Below are positions 19,051 to 30,728 of a stretch of DNA of 64,000 bases, in pieces. Location of the stretch: positions 16,614 through 80,613 of the forward strand of contig FR888502.1 in assembly GCA_000432155.1 (NCBI GenBank). Reading direction: 5' to 3'. The stretch comes from Eubacterium sp. CAG:274 (GTDB taxonomy: Bacteria; Bacillota; Clostridia; Lachnospirales; CAG-274). The position numbers and the translations under genes are program-made. The number at the start of each line of letters is the position of its first letter. Positions within the stretch are counted from its first letter, which is position 1. The notes beneath the pieces are model-generated. The model was not told where the DNA came from. It ran no database searches and saw only the letters and a program-made list of their open reading frames with translations.

Positions 19051-19134
19051 TAAAAAATACTTGTTATATCTTTTTAGCTTATTGTAAATGATGTAAAATG
19101 AAGACGATAGTGGTATAAATATGAGGTGAAATAA

Positions 19135-19809
19135 ATGGCAAAGATTATTGTAATAGAAGACGATGAAAGTATCAGAGAATTAGTGAAAGTAGCTTTGCAA
19201 GGCTATGGACACGAAGTTTTGGATTTTGAATGTGCAGAAGATGCTCTTGAAGAATTAAAGCATACAAAGGCTGATTTGGGTATCTTCGATATTATGCTCC
19301 CTGGTATAGACGGTGTAGAGGCTGTTAAGGAGTATAGAAGTACAGAAACTAATGGCCATATGGCTATTATTATGCTTACTGCAAAAGATAGTGAAGTTGA
19401 AAAAATAATAGGTCTTGATAGTGGTGCTGATGATTATGTTACAAAGCCATTTTCAGTAATGGAGCTTATGGCAAGAGTTAGAGCACAGCTTAGAAGATAT
19501 GAACAACCTGTAAGTAATAAAATTTCTTTAGGAAGTATAAGCATAAACACAGATACAAGGGAAGTATTTGTAAATGGCGAAGAAGTAAAACTTACATTTA
19601 AGGAATATGAACTTCTTGTTTTCCTTATTGAAAATGGCAATAAGGTTGTATCAAGAGATGAACTTTTAAATAAAATCTGGGGATATGAATACACAGGGGA
19701 AACAAGAACTATTGATATTCACATTAAAACATTAAGACAAAAACTTGGAACTGCCGGAGATTATATTAAGACTATAAGAGGTATGGGATACAGAGCGGTT
19801 AAGGAGTAG
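19135..19809 (+). CDS. phoP: OmpR-family response regulator (PhoP/PhoB-like)
   Basis: Receiver domain plus winged-helix domain. Sits directly upstream of a histidine kinase and the pst operon. Confidence 0.8.
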   Translation: MAKIIVIEDDESIRELVKVALQGYGHEVLDFECAEDALEELKHTKADLGIFDIMLPGIDGVEAVKEYRSTETNGHMAIIMLTAKDSEVEKIIGLDSGADDYVTKPFSVMELMARVRAQLRRYEQPVSNKISLGSISINTDTREVFVNGEEVKLTFKEYELLVFLIENGNKVVSRDELLNKIWGYEYTGETRTIDIHIKTLRQKLGTAGDYIKTIRGMGYRAVKE

Positions 19810-19813
19810 GTCT

Positions 19814-21526
19814 ATGAAAAATGCGGTATTAAAAAGATTTGTTTTTATAACACTTATAACCCTTGTGGTTAGTACGCTGGTTTGTTTATGGCTTGTGGGG
19901 GATTACAACCTTAACCAGACTAAGGCAAGTATGATAGATGCTGTAAAACTTATTGACTACAGCTTAGATTACAGTAAGGATATTAATGAACAGATAAATG
20001 AAATAAATCCATTAATAGTCGACTCCTCTAGTCGTATTACTGTTATTGACAAAAACGGTGTAGTCTTAGGTGATACATATAAAGGAATAAATTACGAGGA
20101 TAACCATTTACAAAGACCGGAGGTTGTGGAAGCACTTAAAAATGGCAGGGGAATAGATGTCAGAATGTCTGATACAACAAATGACCGTATGCTCTATGTA
20201 GCTCAGGTTTGTAGCGACAATGAGCATATACTGAGGGTTTCTGTTCCATATAATGGTAAGGTTTATCTTGCTTTATGGATGTTGCCAGCAGTAGTGTTAA
20301 GCAGCATTTTTGCTTTTATTGTTTCAGTTTTATTTTCAAGACATTTTACAAATACAGTTTCTAAGCCTTTACAGCAGGTTACTGACGAAATAAGAAAAAT
20401 TCAAGATGGGGATTATTCCTCTCCACTTAAAGTTTATGAATATGATGAAATTACACAGATTGCATCAGCTGCCCATAACCTTGCACAAAAAATTAAACTT
20501 ACTATGGAAGAAATAGTTACAGAAAGAAACAAGGCACAGTATGTTCTCAATAATATGAGTGAGGGTCTTGTGCTTTGTGATAAAAATGGTTATGTAAGCT
20601 CTATGAATAAGGTGGCTAATGTTGTGCTTGGCTGTGGAAATGTTCCTATAGGAAAGCATATTGTAAACTATACTAGAAATGTAGATGTTATAAATGGTGT
20701 TGCAGATGCCTATAACAAGGGCAAAACTGTTACCTTTGACTTTGATGCACCAGACGGCAGAATTATATCAGCCAATATTACAAGGGCAACAGAAAATTCT
20801 GATATAGGTGTTATTATGGTTCTTATTGATGTAACTACTGACAGAGAAACTCAAAAATTAAGACAAGAGTTCTTTTCCAATGCCTCTCACGAACTTAAAA
20901 CACCTATTACATCAATACAGGGATATTCAGAACTTCTTACAAGTGGTATGGAATATCCTCCTGAACAGAAAAAAGAGTTTTTATTGAGAATAAAGAAAGA
21001 GGCTCAAAATATGACCACTCTTATAAATGATATTCTTATGATTTCTCGTCTTGAGGCAGGAACTACTGTTCAGAGTAAAAATGAGTTTGATGTTTCCCTT
21101 ATGTTAGACGAAATATTGTTGTCAGCTAAACCTATGATTGATGAACAAAAGTTAAAAGTTGTATGTAATTGCCCGTCTATTATTATTAATGCAGAGTACA
21201 AAAGGATATATGAGTTATTTAACAATGTAATTATAAATGCTGTTAAATACAATAAGCCAGAGGGTTCTGTAAATATAAATGTAAATTGTGCCGGCAAAAA
21301 GCTACACTTTAATGTAAAGGATACAGGTATTGGTATTCCTGATGTCAGTCAACAAAGAGTTTTTGAAAGATTTTACAGAGTTGACAAGGGTCGAAGTAAG
21401 AAAATTGGTGGAACAGGTCTTGGCCTTGCCATTGTAAAACATATTGTAAATTATTATAAAGGTACTGTTACCCTTAGAAGTAAATTAGGAGAGGGTACAG
21501 AAATAGATATATTAATTAATTTATAG
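19814..21526 (+). CDS. phoR: Sensor histidine kinase (PhoR-like)
   Basis: Two TM helices, HAMP, PAS-like region, H-box SHELKTPITSI, and an HATPase domain with GTGLGLAI. Confidence 0.8.
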   Translation: MKNAVLKRFVFITLITLVVSTLVCLWLVGDYNLNQTKASMIDAVKLIDYSLDYSKDINEQINEINPLIVDSSSRITVIDKNGVVLGDTYKGINYEDNHLQRPEVVEALKNGRGIDVRMSDTTNDRMLYVAQVCSDNEHILRVSVPYNGKVYLALWMLPAVVLSSIFAFIVSVLFSRHFTNTVSKPLQQVTDEIRKIQDGDYSSPLKVYEYDEITQIASAAHNLAQKIKLTMEEIVTERNKAQYVLNNMSEGLVLCDKNGYVSSMNKVANVVLGCGNVPIGKHIVNYTRNVDVINGVADAYNKGKTVTFDFDAPDGRIISANITRATENSDIGVIMVLIDVTTDRETQKLRQEFFSNASHELKTPITSIQGYSELLTSGMEYPPEQKKEFLLRIKKEAQNMTTLINDILMISRLEAGTTVQSKNEFDVSLMLDEILLSAKPMIDEQKLKVVCNCPSIIINAEYKRIYELFNNVIINAVKYNKPEGSVNINVNCAGKKLHFNVKDTGIGIPDVSQQRVFERFYRVDKGRSKKIGGTGLGLAIVKHIVNYYKGTVTLRSKLGEGTEIDILINL

Positions 21527-21657
21527 TGGAAAGCACTTCCCAATGTAAAAAATACAGTTTTTTTGCATTAATGGGGAGTGTTTTTTATTTTACATTTCTA
21601 TGTTAAATATGTAAAAAAGCATTGATTTGACCAATGAATATGCCACTTTATCTAAAT

Positions 21658-21684
21658 TTTACAAAACCTAAACATAAATATGAT
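21658..21684 (+). promoter_or_regulatory. Putative Pho box (TTTACA-N5-TAAACA) plus -10 TATGAT upstream of pstS
   Basis: Direct hexamer repeat with 11-bp periodicity followed by TATGAT about 70 nt upstream of the pstS ATG. Confidence 0.3.
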
Positions 21685-21757
21685 AGTTGATAAATCTTCT
21701 TTAAAATATAATAACTAAGAATTAACTCACAGAGATTATTAAAAAGGAGAAATCAAA

Positions 21758-22621
21758 ATGAAAAAATTTATTTCAGGATTATTAACAGCAGTTTTATTAG
21801 CAACAACTCTTGCAGGTTGTGGTGGAACAGCAGATAGCTCATCACAGGGCGAAGGTTCTACAGCAGCAGCTGACAGCAGTAACATTAATGGTACTGTTAC
21901 AATGAACGGCTCTACTTCAATGGAAAAGTTTGCTAATGCTTTAGACGAGGCTTTTATGGCTAAGTACCCAGGTATTCAGGCTACTGTTCAGTTTACTGGT
22001 TCAGGTGCAGGTATTGAGGCTGTAGCAAATGGTACAGTTGATATTGGTAACTCATCAAGAGCATTAAAAGACGAAGAAAAGGCAAAGGGTCTTGTAGAAA
22101 ATGTTGTAGCTATTGATGGTATTGCAGTTGTTGTAGACAAGGCTAACCCAGTAGAAGACATTACAAAGGACCAGCTTGCTCAGGTTTATAGTGGTCAGAT
22201 TACAAACTGGAAAGACCTTGGCGGTAGCGACCAACAGATTGTAGTAATCGGTAGAGAAGCATCTTCTGGTACAAGAGGTGCATTTGAAGAATTACTTAAA
22301 CTTGAAGACAAGTGCAAGTATGCACAGGAAATTGATTCAACAGGTGCTGTAATGGCAAAGGTTGCTGCAACTCCTGGTGCTATTGGTTATGTTTCACTTG
22401 ATGTAATTGATGATACAGTACATACATTAAAGATTGACGGCGTAGAACCAACAGAAGAAAACATTAAGGCTGGTAGCTACACATTACAAAGACCATTTGT
22501 AATGGCAACTAAGGGCGAAGTTAGCGAACAGTCTCAGGCAGTACAGGAACTTTTCAACTACATTAACAGTGACGAAGGTCAGCAGATTGTTAGCAAGGTT
22601 GGTTTAATATCAGCAAAATAA
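21758..22621 (+). CDS. pstS: Phosphate ABC transporter substrate-binding lipoprotein
   Basis: Lipobox LAGCGG. PstS family (GSGAGIEAVANGTVDIGNSSR). Confidence 0.9.
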   Translation: MKKFISGLLTAVLLATTLAGCGGTADSSSQGEGSTAAADSSNINGTVTMNGSTSMEKFANALDEAFMAKYPGIQATVQFTGSGAGIEAVANGTVDIGNSSRALKDEEKAKGLVENVVAIDGIAVVVDKANPVEDITKDQLAQVYSGQITNWKDLGGSDQQIVVIGREASSGTRGAFEELLKLEDKCKYAQEIDSTGAVMAKVAATPGAIGYVSLDVIDDTVHTLKIDGVEPTEENIKAGSYTLQRPFVMATKGEVSEQSQAVQELFNYINSDEGQQIVSKVGLISAK

Positions 22622-22639
22622 AGTAAGGAGTGCAAAACA

Positions 22640-23635
22640 ATGCAAGATACGGAAGCAGTTATGCCTGTAAATAAAAAAACAAATGTAACCGGCATAAAGA
22701 CAGGAAATAGTGGCTTTTCAATAAACGGAAGTAAGGGTTCAAAAGCTCTTATTGAAACAATAATGGAAATTATATTCTTCGTTTGTGCCATATTTGCAGT
22801 AATAGCTGTTGCTGCAATTACAATATATATGATAATATCTGGTGCACCGGCTTTAATGAAAGTCGGTATAGTAGATATGCTTTTTAATACAGTATGGCAA
22901 CCAACAGCGGCAGAACCTTCATTTGGTATAGCATACATTGTACTTACATCTATTATTGGTACAGCTTTTGCTATAGTCCTTGGTGTTCCAGTTGGTCTTC
23001 TTACAGCTGTATTTATTTCAGAAGTTGCTCATAAAAAGGTGGCAGCAGTTGTAAAGCCAGCAGTTGAACTTTTGGCAGGTATCCCATCTATTGTATATGG
23101 TTTGTTGGGTCTTTTAATTATAAATCCTCTTATGTATAAGTTGGAATTAGCAATATTTAAGGATAATCCTAATCATCAGTTTACTGGTGGTGCAAACCTT
23201 ATTTCAGCAGTTATTGTGTTGGCGATTATGATTTTACCAACAGTTATAAATGTATCTTATACATCATTACAGGCTGTTCCAGTAAAAATGCGTCAGGCTT
23301 CTCTTGCTCTTGGTGCAACAGAGGTTCAGACAATTTTCAAGGTAACCATTCCAGCAGCTAAGTCTGGCATTATTACAGCTATTGTACTTGGTGTAGGTAG
23401 AGCAATAGGTGAGGCAATGGCCATTGTACTTGTTTCTGGTAATGCTGTAAATATGCCATTACCATTTAACTCAGTTCGTTTCCTTACAACAGGTATTGTA
23501 TCTGAAATGTCTTACTCTTCAGGTCTTCATAGACAGGCATTATTTACAATCGGTCTTGTGTTGTTTGTATTCATTATGATAATCAATATTACAATTAGTA
23601 AAATTATAAAGGCAGGTGAAGAAAGTGGAAAATAG
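22640..23635 (+). CDS. pstC: Phosphate ABC transporter permease
   Basis: Multi-TM permease with the EAA-like region ASLALGATEVQTIFKV. Confidence 0.9.
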   Translation: MQDTEAVMPVNKKTNVTGIKTGNSGFSINGSKGSKALIETIMEIIFFVCAIFAVIAVAAITIYMIISGAPALMKVGIVDMLFNTVWQPTAAEPSFGIAYIVLTSIIGTAFAIVLGVPVGLLTAVFISEVAHKKVAAVVKPAVELLAGIPSIVYGLLGLLIINPLMYKLELAIFKDNPNHQFTGGANLISAVIVLAIMILPTVINVSYTSLQAVPVKMRQASLALGATEVQTIFKVTIPAAKSGIITAIVLGVGRAIGEAMAIVLVSGNAVNMPLPFNSVRFLTTGIVSEMSYSSGLHRQALFTIGLVLFVFIMIINITISKIIKAGEESGK

Positions 23636-24473
23636 TATATGCGTAAAACAGACAAGAATTAAGGATAACTTTTTTATGGGTCTTATATACCTTTCTGCTT
23701 TTATAGCCGTAGGTCTTTTAGTAGGTATCATTTGCTATGTAGCTTTCAGAGGTGTTTCTTCAATAAGCTGGCAGTTTTTATCTACTATACCATCTACTCT
23801 TGAGGGTACATTTGGTATTTTAGGTAACATAGTAAACACATTATACATTATAGTAATTACACTTATTATTGCTACACCTATTGGTATTGGGGCAGCAGTA
23901 TACTTGACAGAATACGCAAAGCCGGGCAAGATTGTAAGCCTTATTGAGTTTACAACAGAAACTCTTGCAGGTATTCCATCTATTATTTATGGTTTGTTTG
24001 GTATGGTATTCTTTGGTATATCACTTCACTTAGGATATTCAATACTTTGTGGTTCACTTACTCTTACATTAATGGTACTTCCTATTATTATAAGAACAAC
24101 ACAAGAGGCACTTAAAACAGTTCCCCTTGGCTATAGAACTGGTGCTTTAGGTATTGGTGCTACAAAGTGGTATATGATTAGAACAATTATTTTACCTAGT
24201 GCTATGCCAGGTATTGTAACAGCAGTTATATTAAGTGTAGGTCGTATCGTTGGCGAGTCTGCTGCACTTCTCTTTACAGCAGGTAGTGCCTACCTTTTAC
24301 CAAAGAACTTGTTCTCACATGTTTTAACATCAGGTGGTACACTTACAATACAGATGTACTTGAGTATGTCTAAGGCTGATTATGGCAACGCCTTTGCTAT
24401 TGCTCTTGTACTTATAGTAGTAGTATTGGCAATAAACGCATTGACAAAGGTAGCAACAAAGAAATTAAGTTAG
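23616..24473 (+). CDS. pstA: Phosphate ABC transporter permease
   Basis: Multi-TM permease ([25 protein letters not shown]). GTG start overlaps the pstC stop. Confidence 0.9.
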   Translation: MKKVENSICVKQTRIKDNFFMGLIYLSAFIAVGLLVGIICYVAFRGVSSISWQFLSTIPSTLEGTFGILGNIVNTLYIIVITLIIATPIGIGAAVYLTEYAKPGKIVSLIEFTTETLAGIPSIIYGLFGMVFFGISLHLGYSILCGSLTLTLMVLPIIIRTTQEALKTVPLGYRTGALGIGATKWYMIRTIILPSAMPGIVTAVILSVGRIVGESAALLFTAGSAYLLPKNLFSHVLTSGGTLTIQMYLSMSKADYGNAFAIALVLIVVVLAINALTKVATKKLS

Positions 24474-24483
24474 GAGTTATAGT

Positions 24484-25239
24484 ATGAATTCAAAAATAAG
24501 CGTTAGCAATTTAAACTTATATTATGGTCAGAACCACGCATTAAAATCTGTAAATATGGAAATACCAGAAAATGAAATTACAGCCTTTATTGGACCTTCA
24601 GGTTGTGGTAAATCTACTTTTTTAAAGACTCTTAACAGAATGAATGACCTTGTTGAGGGCGTAAGAATTGAGGGTAAAGTTGTTCTTGACGGAGAAGATA
24701 TTTACTCTCCAACAGTAGATACTACACTTTTAAGAAAAAAGGTAGGTATGGTATTCCAGCAACCAAATCCATTCCCAATGAGTATTTATGACAATATTGC
24801 CTATGGTCCTAGAATACACGGTATTAAGAACAAGGCAAAACTTGATGAAATAGTTGAAACATCATTAAAGGGTGCAGCTATTTGGGACGAAATTAAGGAT
24901 AGACTTAAAAAATCTGCCCTTGGACTTTCAGGTGGTCAGCAGCAAAGACTTTGTATTGCAAGAGCCTTAGCAGTAAAACCAGAAGTATTACTTATGGACG
25001 AACCTACATCTGCTCTTGACCCTATTTCTACTTTAAAGGTCGAGGAACTTATGGCAGAACTTAAAAAGAATTACACTGTTGCAATAGTTACTCACAATAT
25101 GCAACAGGCTACAAGAATTTCAGATAATACAGCATTTTTCCTTGTAGGTGAAATGGTGGAAATGAATAAGACAGAAGAATTATTCTCTCGTCCTATGGAT
25201 AAGAGAACAGAAGATTATATTACTGGTAGATTTGGTTGA
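24484..25239 (+). CDS. pstB: Phosphate ABC transporter ATP-binding protein
   Basis: Walker [10 protein letters not shown], signature LSGGQQQRL, Walker [12 protein letters not shown]. Confidence 0.95.
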   Translation: MNSKISVSNLNLYYGQNHALKSVNMEIPENEITAFIGPSGCGKSTFLKTLNRMNDLVEGVRIEGKVVLDGEDIYSPTVDTTLLRKKVGMVFQQPNPFPMSIYDNIAYGPRIHGIKNKAKLDEIVETSLKGAAIWDEIKDRLKKSALGLSGGQQQRLCIARALAVKPEVLLMDEPTSALDPISTLKVEELMAELKKNYTVAIVTHNMQQATRISDNTAFFLVGEMVEMNKTEELFSRPMDKRTEDYITGRFG

Positions 25240-25930
25240 TATTTTAGAGAAGGAGATGTATAATATGAGTAGTGCTAGACCAACTTTTGAGGAGGCTTTA
25301 ACACAACTTAATGTAGAGCTTATAAAAATGGGTGCTACTGTGGAAAAGTCAATTATGGACGCAGTTGAGGCTTTTAAAAATCACGATGAAAAATTGGCTA
25401 AGGATATTGTAGCGAAAGATAGAATTGTTGACGATATGGAAAAAAATATCGAGGCTCAATGTCTTTCACTTATTTTAAGACAACAGCCAGTTGCTGGGGA
25501 TTTAAGAGTTGTATCTACTGCCCTTAAAATGGTTACAGATATGGAAAGAATAGGCGACCAGGCCTCTGATATTGCAGAACTTATTCCTCACTTAGGAGAG
25601 GGTGATACATATGATGCTTGTTCACATATTCCAGCTATGGCACAGGTGGCCCTTGAAATGGTACATGGAGCAATAAATGCCTTTGTTGAGGGAGATGTTC
25701 AAAAGGCTAAAGAAATCATCAATAAAGATGATATTGTTGACGACTATTTCGATAAGGTAAAAAATGAAGTTGCTGACCTTTTGAGAGAAAAAGCGGGTTC
25801 TGTTGATGTTATATTGAACTTTTTAATGATTGCTAAGTATTTTGAACGAATCGGTGACCACGCTGAAAATATCTGTGAATGGGTTGAGTTTAGCAAAACT
25901 GGCGAATATAAAGATGAAAGAATAATTTAA
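25232..25930 (+). CDS. phoU: Phosphate signalling complex protein PhoU
   Basis: Two PhoU repeats ([12 protein letters not shown] and [12 protein letters not shown]). Confidence 0.9.
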   Translation: MVDILEKEMYNMSSARPTFEEALTQLNVELIKMGATVEKSIMDAVEAFKNHDEKLAKDIVAKDRIVDDMEKNIEAQCLSLILRQQPVAGDLRVVSTALKMVTDMERIGDQASDIAELIPHLGEGDTYDACSHIPAMAQVALEMVHGAINAFVEGDVQKAKEIINKDDIVDDYFDKVKNEVADLLREKAGSVDVILNFLMIAKYFERIGDHAENICEWVEFSKTGEYKDERII

Positions 25931-25949
25931 TCCATAAGGGGGATTTTTT

Positions 25950-26858
25950 ATGAAGGTAGGTATTGTAGATATTGGTTCAAATACTATTAGACTTGTTGTG
26001 TATGATGTAATTGATATGACCTACAAGGAGATACTTAATCAGCGTAGTTTTGCAGGAATTATTGAATATGTTGATGATGACCGCCTTTCTCAGACAGGTA
26101 TGGATAAGTTAGTAAAGACACTTAGTAATATTAAGGAGCTTACTTATCTTGTGCGTTGTGACAAGGTGTTCTATTTTGCGACTGCCTCTCTTAGAGGTCT
26201 TAACAATAGTATTGATTTGCTTACTTATATTAAAAAAGAACTTGATATTGATATAGATATTATTACTGGCGAGGAAGAAGCATATTTTGACTATGTCAGC
26301 CTTAAAAATTCAAAGATAACTAAAACAGGCCTTGGTATTGACTTAGGCGGTGGTAGTTGTCAGGTTTTTGCTTTTGATGGCGACAATGTTGAAAAGAGTA
26401 ATTCTTTCCGTATTGGTTCACTTTTGTTGTATAAAACATTTGTTTCTAGCCTTTTCCCAAAGGAGAGAGAAAAGAAAGCTATTAAAAACTATGTTTTAGC
26501 AGAATTGGAGAAAAGCCCAGAGCTTAAAAAGTTAGGCTTTACAGATATTTACGCTATGGGTGGTACAGCAAGAGCTGCCATTAAACTTCATAGGGTCTTA
26601 GCCGGTAGTAGTCCAAAGGTTAAGAACAACTATGCTCTTACAGTTGAACAGATTGACGAAATGATGGATACTATATACGATATGGGTAAAGACGGTATTA
26701 AACTCCTTTGTCATGTTATTCCAGAAAGAGTATATACTATTATCCCAGGTCTTATTGCTATTAAAGCCATTTGTCAGTATACAGGGGCAAAGGGAATAAT
26801 TGCTATAAAGAGTAGTGTTCGTGAGGGTTATCTTACAGAAAAGGTAATTAAAAAATAA
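25950..26858 (+). CDS. ppx: Ppx/GppA-family phosphatase (exopolyphosphatase)
   Basis: N-terminus VGIVDIGSNTIRLVVYDV is typical of Ppx/GppA; located next to the Pho cluster. Confidence 0.8.
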   Translation: MKVGIVDIGSNTIRLVVYDVIDMTYKEILNQRSFAGIIEYVDDDRLSQTGMDKLVKTLSNIKELTYLVRCDKVFYFATASLRGLNNSIDLLTYIKKELDIDIDIITGEEEAYFDYVSLKNSKITKTGLGIDLGGGSCQVFAFDGDNVEKSNSFRIGSLLLYKTFVSSLFPKEREKKAIKNYVLAELEKSPELKKLGFTDIYAMGGTARAAIKLHRVLAGSSPKVKNNYALTVEQIDEMMDTIYDMGKDGIKLLCHVIPERVYTIIPGLIAIKAICQYTGAKGIIAIKSSVREGYLTEKVIKK

Positions 26859-26890
26859 ACTTTTTTCATAAATAAATTTTTCTTTTTTGA

Positions 26891-26925
26891 AACCACATTT
26901 TCTTTTTGAAGGTGTGGTTTTTTTG
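26891..26925 (+). terminator. Intrinsic terminator after ppx
   Basis: AACCACA-N15-TGTGGTT followed by TTTTTT. Confidence 0.5.
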
Positions 26926-26965
26926 TTGCAAAAACGCAGTAAATTTTATCGTAACTATGGTGTCT

Positions 26966-26972
26966 TTCGACA
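26966..26972 (-). promoter_or_regulatory. Putative Spo0A box (TGTCGAA) in the spoIIE upstream region
   Basis: + strand TTCGACA is the reverse complement of the 0A-box consensus TGNCGAA. It lies about 55 nt upstream of the spoIIE start. Confidence 0.25.
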
Positions 26973-27025
26973 AATTTTATTTAGGTATAGAATTATACTA
27001 TTTTGTAATAGGGGAGGCATAGATA

Positions 27026-29310
27026 TGTATAAATTAAATTTGCAGTATTGGAACAAGGAAAGATTGGCAAGTATTGTGTTTGTAATTGTAGGGCTGTTAA
27101 TGGGCAGGGTTGTGCTTTTTGGGGGCATAAACGGTTGTGCAATAGGCTATTTAACTTGTTTTTTGTTTAATAAAAATATTTTTTATGCTGTTGCTGTAAC
27201 TATCTTTACAGGACTTATGACAGTAAGAAAAACAATGGATATAGGGGAATATGTAATAGCTATAGTTTTAATGTGCCTGTTTAATTTTTTGGGAAATGGT
27301 CGGATACAGGAAAACAAAAAATATTTTATTGGTGGCTTGTCCTTATTATCGGGAGCTTTGATTATAGCTGGTTTTACGGGGAATTTTGTTTATTACTGTA
27401 TCATAGGTACTTTGGAGGCTATTTTTACTGTGGTGATAGCCTATGTTCTGGATAGGGGCATAGGCGTTTTAAGAAGTAATGGTAAAAAAGAGTACATAGA
27501 CGGAGAGGAAATATTAAGTCTTTTTATACTAGGTGTAGCTGTAATTTGTGGTAGTGGAAATATGGTTATTCTAGGTGTGCCACCTGCCTTAGTTGCAGTA
27601 GTGACGGTAATTTTTGTGTCGTCCGTAAAAGGTGGCTGTATATTGGCAATAGCTAGTGGTGCAACTATGGGTATGATGTTGTCCTTTGCAAATATTTATC
27701 CTATTGGAATAATACCTACATTGGCAATAGGTGGGCTGACATCAGCTATGGCAGGGCGATTTCGTAAAATTTTTATGCCCATAGGTTTTGTGCTTTCTTT
27801 TGCTCCAATGGTTATATATTACAGGCTTGATTTGCTTTCCGTTGGTGCTTTTGTGTCAATATTGTTGGCTGGTATTATTAATATGTATATTCCGGAGAGA
27901 TTATATCTAAATTTTTCAAATATTATTAATACGGGAAAAAGTCAGAGCAATTTGTATAATTACGAAATTAAAAGTATGGTGTGTGGGAAACTTAAAAAGT
28001 TTGCTCAATGTTTTTCAGACTTAGACTCCTACATACAAATGGCATCGGTTTCTCAGGAAACCGAAAATATAAAATTTGAAATATTTGATAAATGTACTTC
28101 TAATGTTTGCGGGCGATGTAATAGACAGGGGACTTGCTGGGAGGGAAACTATAAAACTACCTATGAAAATTTGTATGGTCTTGTAAGTCAATGGGTAGAT
28201 AAGGAAAGTGTGGATTTTAAAAATTTGCCAAATTATTTTATAGCATCTTGTTCTAAATATAGAGAATGGCTGTTATGGGCAAAAAATTCAATAGATGAAT
28301 ATAAGTTTAAGAATATTTGTATATCTCAAAAGGAGGAATATAGACAATTACTGTCTGTTTATATAAGAAATGTAGCACAAAGGGCAGAGAGTATAGCATC
28401 TGAAATAGAAATGGAAACGGATATAGACATAGAGTTGTCAGAAAAAATTTATAGAAAGACAGCATATATGGGAGTAAAGGGGATTACAGTTTCAAAGGGG
28501 GAAAAGGGGTGCATATTAAGAATATTATTGTCAAAGGAACACAGTTGGGATATTTGTGAGGGCAGAATTTTACCTTTGTTGAAAGAATTTGTTGGTGTTA
28601 ATATTGTAAAAACTGAGGAAAGGTTGGTTGATGATAATACTTGGAGTGTTACATTGGTTGAAGAACCTAAACTAAGGATTTCGGCCTATTGTTGCTCTAA
28701 GCCTAAAAATAGTGAAAATATATGTGGGGATAGCTTTATATTTACAGATTTGGAAAATGGCAGATATTTATTGGCACTTGCTGACGGAATGGGAAGCGGT
28801 AAAAGGGCTGGAATGGAAAGTGCAGCAGCCGTTGAAATGTATGAAGATTTTACACAGGCTGGATTTTTTAGAGATGATGCTTTAGAGCTTATAAACTCTC
28901 TGATTTCAGGTAAAAATGAGAGTTTTTCAACGCTGGATATATGTACCGTAGATAAGTATACAGGTAAGGCTGAATTTATAAAAATAGGTGCAGTATCAAC
29001 ATTTATATTAAAAAGAAAGGGAGTAGAAATTTTAAAATCAAATACTTTGCCAGTAGGTATATTGGAAAATGTAGATACCAAAATATATGAAAAGAGGGTT
29101 GAAAAAGGCGATGTAATTGTAATGATGACAGACGGTATATTTGAGGCAGGAAAGAGTGGTGAAAATGAATATAAATTCATAGAAATGCTAGAAAAAAGGA
29201 AGAAAACGACAGCTGAAAATACAGCTAAAAAAATTATGGAAACCGCCATTAAAATGGGCGAAAGTAAAATAAATGACGATATGACAGTATTGGTTGCTAA
29301 CATATATTAA
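27026..29310 (+). CDS. spoIIE: Stage II sporulation protein E (PP2C-type phosphatase with 10-TM N-terminal domain)
   Basis: Start at the ATG after a GGGGAGG RBS (MYKLNLQYW...). Polytopic N-terminus and a C-terminal PP2C core LADGMGSGKRAG ... DDMTVLV. Confidence 0.9.
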
Positions 29311-29375
29311 ACATTGTAGGTACTTGAGTTTTACATAAAAAAAGTTTATACTCTTTTTATTAGGAGTGTGGACAA

Positions 29376-30728
29376 ATGTTAGCTTTAGTAACGAAAACTA
29401 TAGAAAGAAACAGAATGTTGAAAAAAGGCGATAAAATAGTTGTGGGAGTGTCTGGTGGGGCAGATTCCGTATGCCTTTTAGATGTATTAAATAAATTAAA
29501 GGATAAATATAATCTGAAAATTACAGTTGTGCATATAAATCATTGTATAAGGGGACAGGAGGCTGACAGAGATGAGGCCTTTGTAAAAGCTCTTGCAGAA
29601 AAATATGGCAATGAATACAAGGCTTTTTCTTATCCTGTGGAAAAAATGGCAGAGGAAAATGGCACAACTGTTGAAGAAATGGGCAGAAATTTAAGATATT
29701 ATTCCTTTAGAAAAATAGCCGGCGAAAAGGGAAAGATAGCAGTTGCCCATAATAAAAACGATAATTGTGAAACAATGCTTATGCGATTTTTTAGAGGGAC
29801 TGGAGTAAAAGGATTAGGTGGTATTTCTCCTGTAAGGGGTAATATTATAAGACCTTTGATTACAGTTGATAGAAATTCTATTGAAAAGTATTGTAATGAA
29901 AATAACTTGAATTATTGTACTGACTCTACAAATAATGATACAGAGTATACAAGAAACAAAATAAGGCATAATATTATACCTTTAATTGAAAAAGAGTTTA
30001 ACCAGTCTATAGTTGATACTATGTATAAAACAGCAGAAATTATGGCTGGAGAAGAAGAATATATGGACAGGCATGCTAGGACAGCATACAGCTATTGTGC
30101 TGTAGGGGACAAAGTTCTTTCTGTTGAAAAACTTTTGGATTTAGATAAAGTTATTTTAAAGAGAGTTTTAAGATTAGGCTTTATAGATTTTTCAGCTGAT
30201 TTACACGATGTTTCCTATGAACATATAAAGTCTGTGGAAAGCCTTTTGTATAAAAAGAATGGAAAGGTGGTACAGCTACCTCATAATTTAAGAGCATCAA
30301 GAATTAATAATTGCATAATTTTCTCTAAACATATAGAACATAAGGAGGTTTCATATAAATTAGAGCCAGAAGAACCAAAATATATTCCCGAAATAGGAAA
30401 AACTTTGTTAATTTCTAAAAAAAATTTGACAAATCCAAAAATACTATATACTATTCCTTTTGATTATGATAAAATAAAAGGTGATTTTTATTTTAGAAAT
30501 AGAAAAGCTGGGGATAAAATTTATCTCAATGGTGTAGGTGGAAGAAAGAGTTTAAAAAAGATTTTTTCTGAGCTTAAACTATCAAAAGATGACAAAGACA
30601 GTATCACTTTATTGGCTGTAGATAATGATGTTTTGTGGATTCCTAACTACAAAACTTCTGATATGTACAAGGCTAATGAGGATACAAAAAATGTAGTATA
30701 TATGTATTTAAAGGAGAAAGAAAACTAA
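29376..30728 (+). CDS. tilS: tRNA(Ile)-lysidine synthetase
   Basis: PP-loop SGGADS; conserved spoIIE-tilS-hpt-ftsH gene order. Confidence 0.9.
   Translation: MLALVTKTIERNRMLKKGDKIVVGVSGGADSVCLLDVLNKLKDKYNLKITVVHINHCIRGQEADRDEAFVKALAEKYGNEYKAFSYPVEKMAEENGTTVEEMGRNLRYYSFRKIAGEKGKIAVAHNKNDNCETMLMRFFRGTGVKGLGGISPVRGNIIRPLITVDRNSIEKYCNENNLNYCTDSTNNDTEYTRNKIRHNIIPLIEKEFNQSIVDTMYKTAEIMAGEEEYMDRHARTAYSYCAVGDKVLSVEKLLDLDKVILKRVLRLGFIDFSADLHDVSYEHIKSVESLLYKKNGKVVQLPHNLRASRINNCIIFSKHIEHKEVSYKLEPEEPKYIPEIGKTLLISKKNLTNPKILYTIPFDYDKIKGDFYFRNRKAGDKIYLNGVGGRKSLKKIFSELKLSKDDKDSITLLAVDNDVLWIPNYKTSDMYKANEDTKNVVYMYLKEKEN

Noticed and set aside
28686-29303. 205-aa minus-strand ORF inside spoIIE
   Set aside because: Antisense to the conserved PP2C domain of SpoIIE; hydrophobic low-complexity translation.
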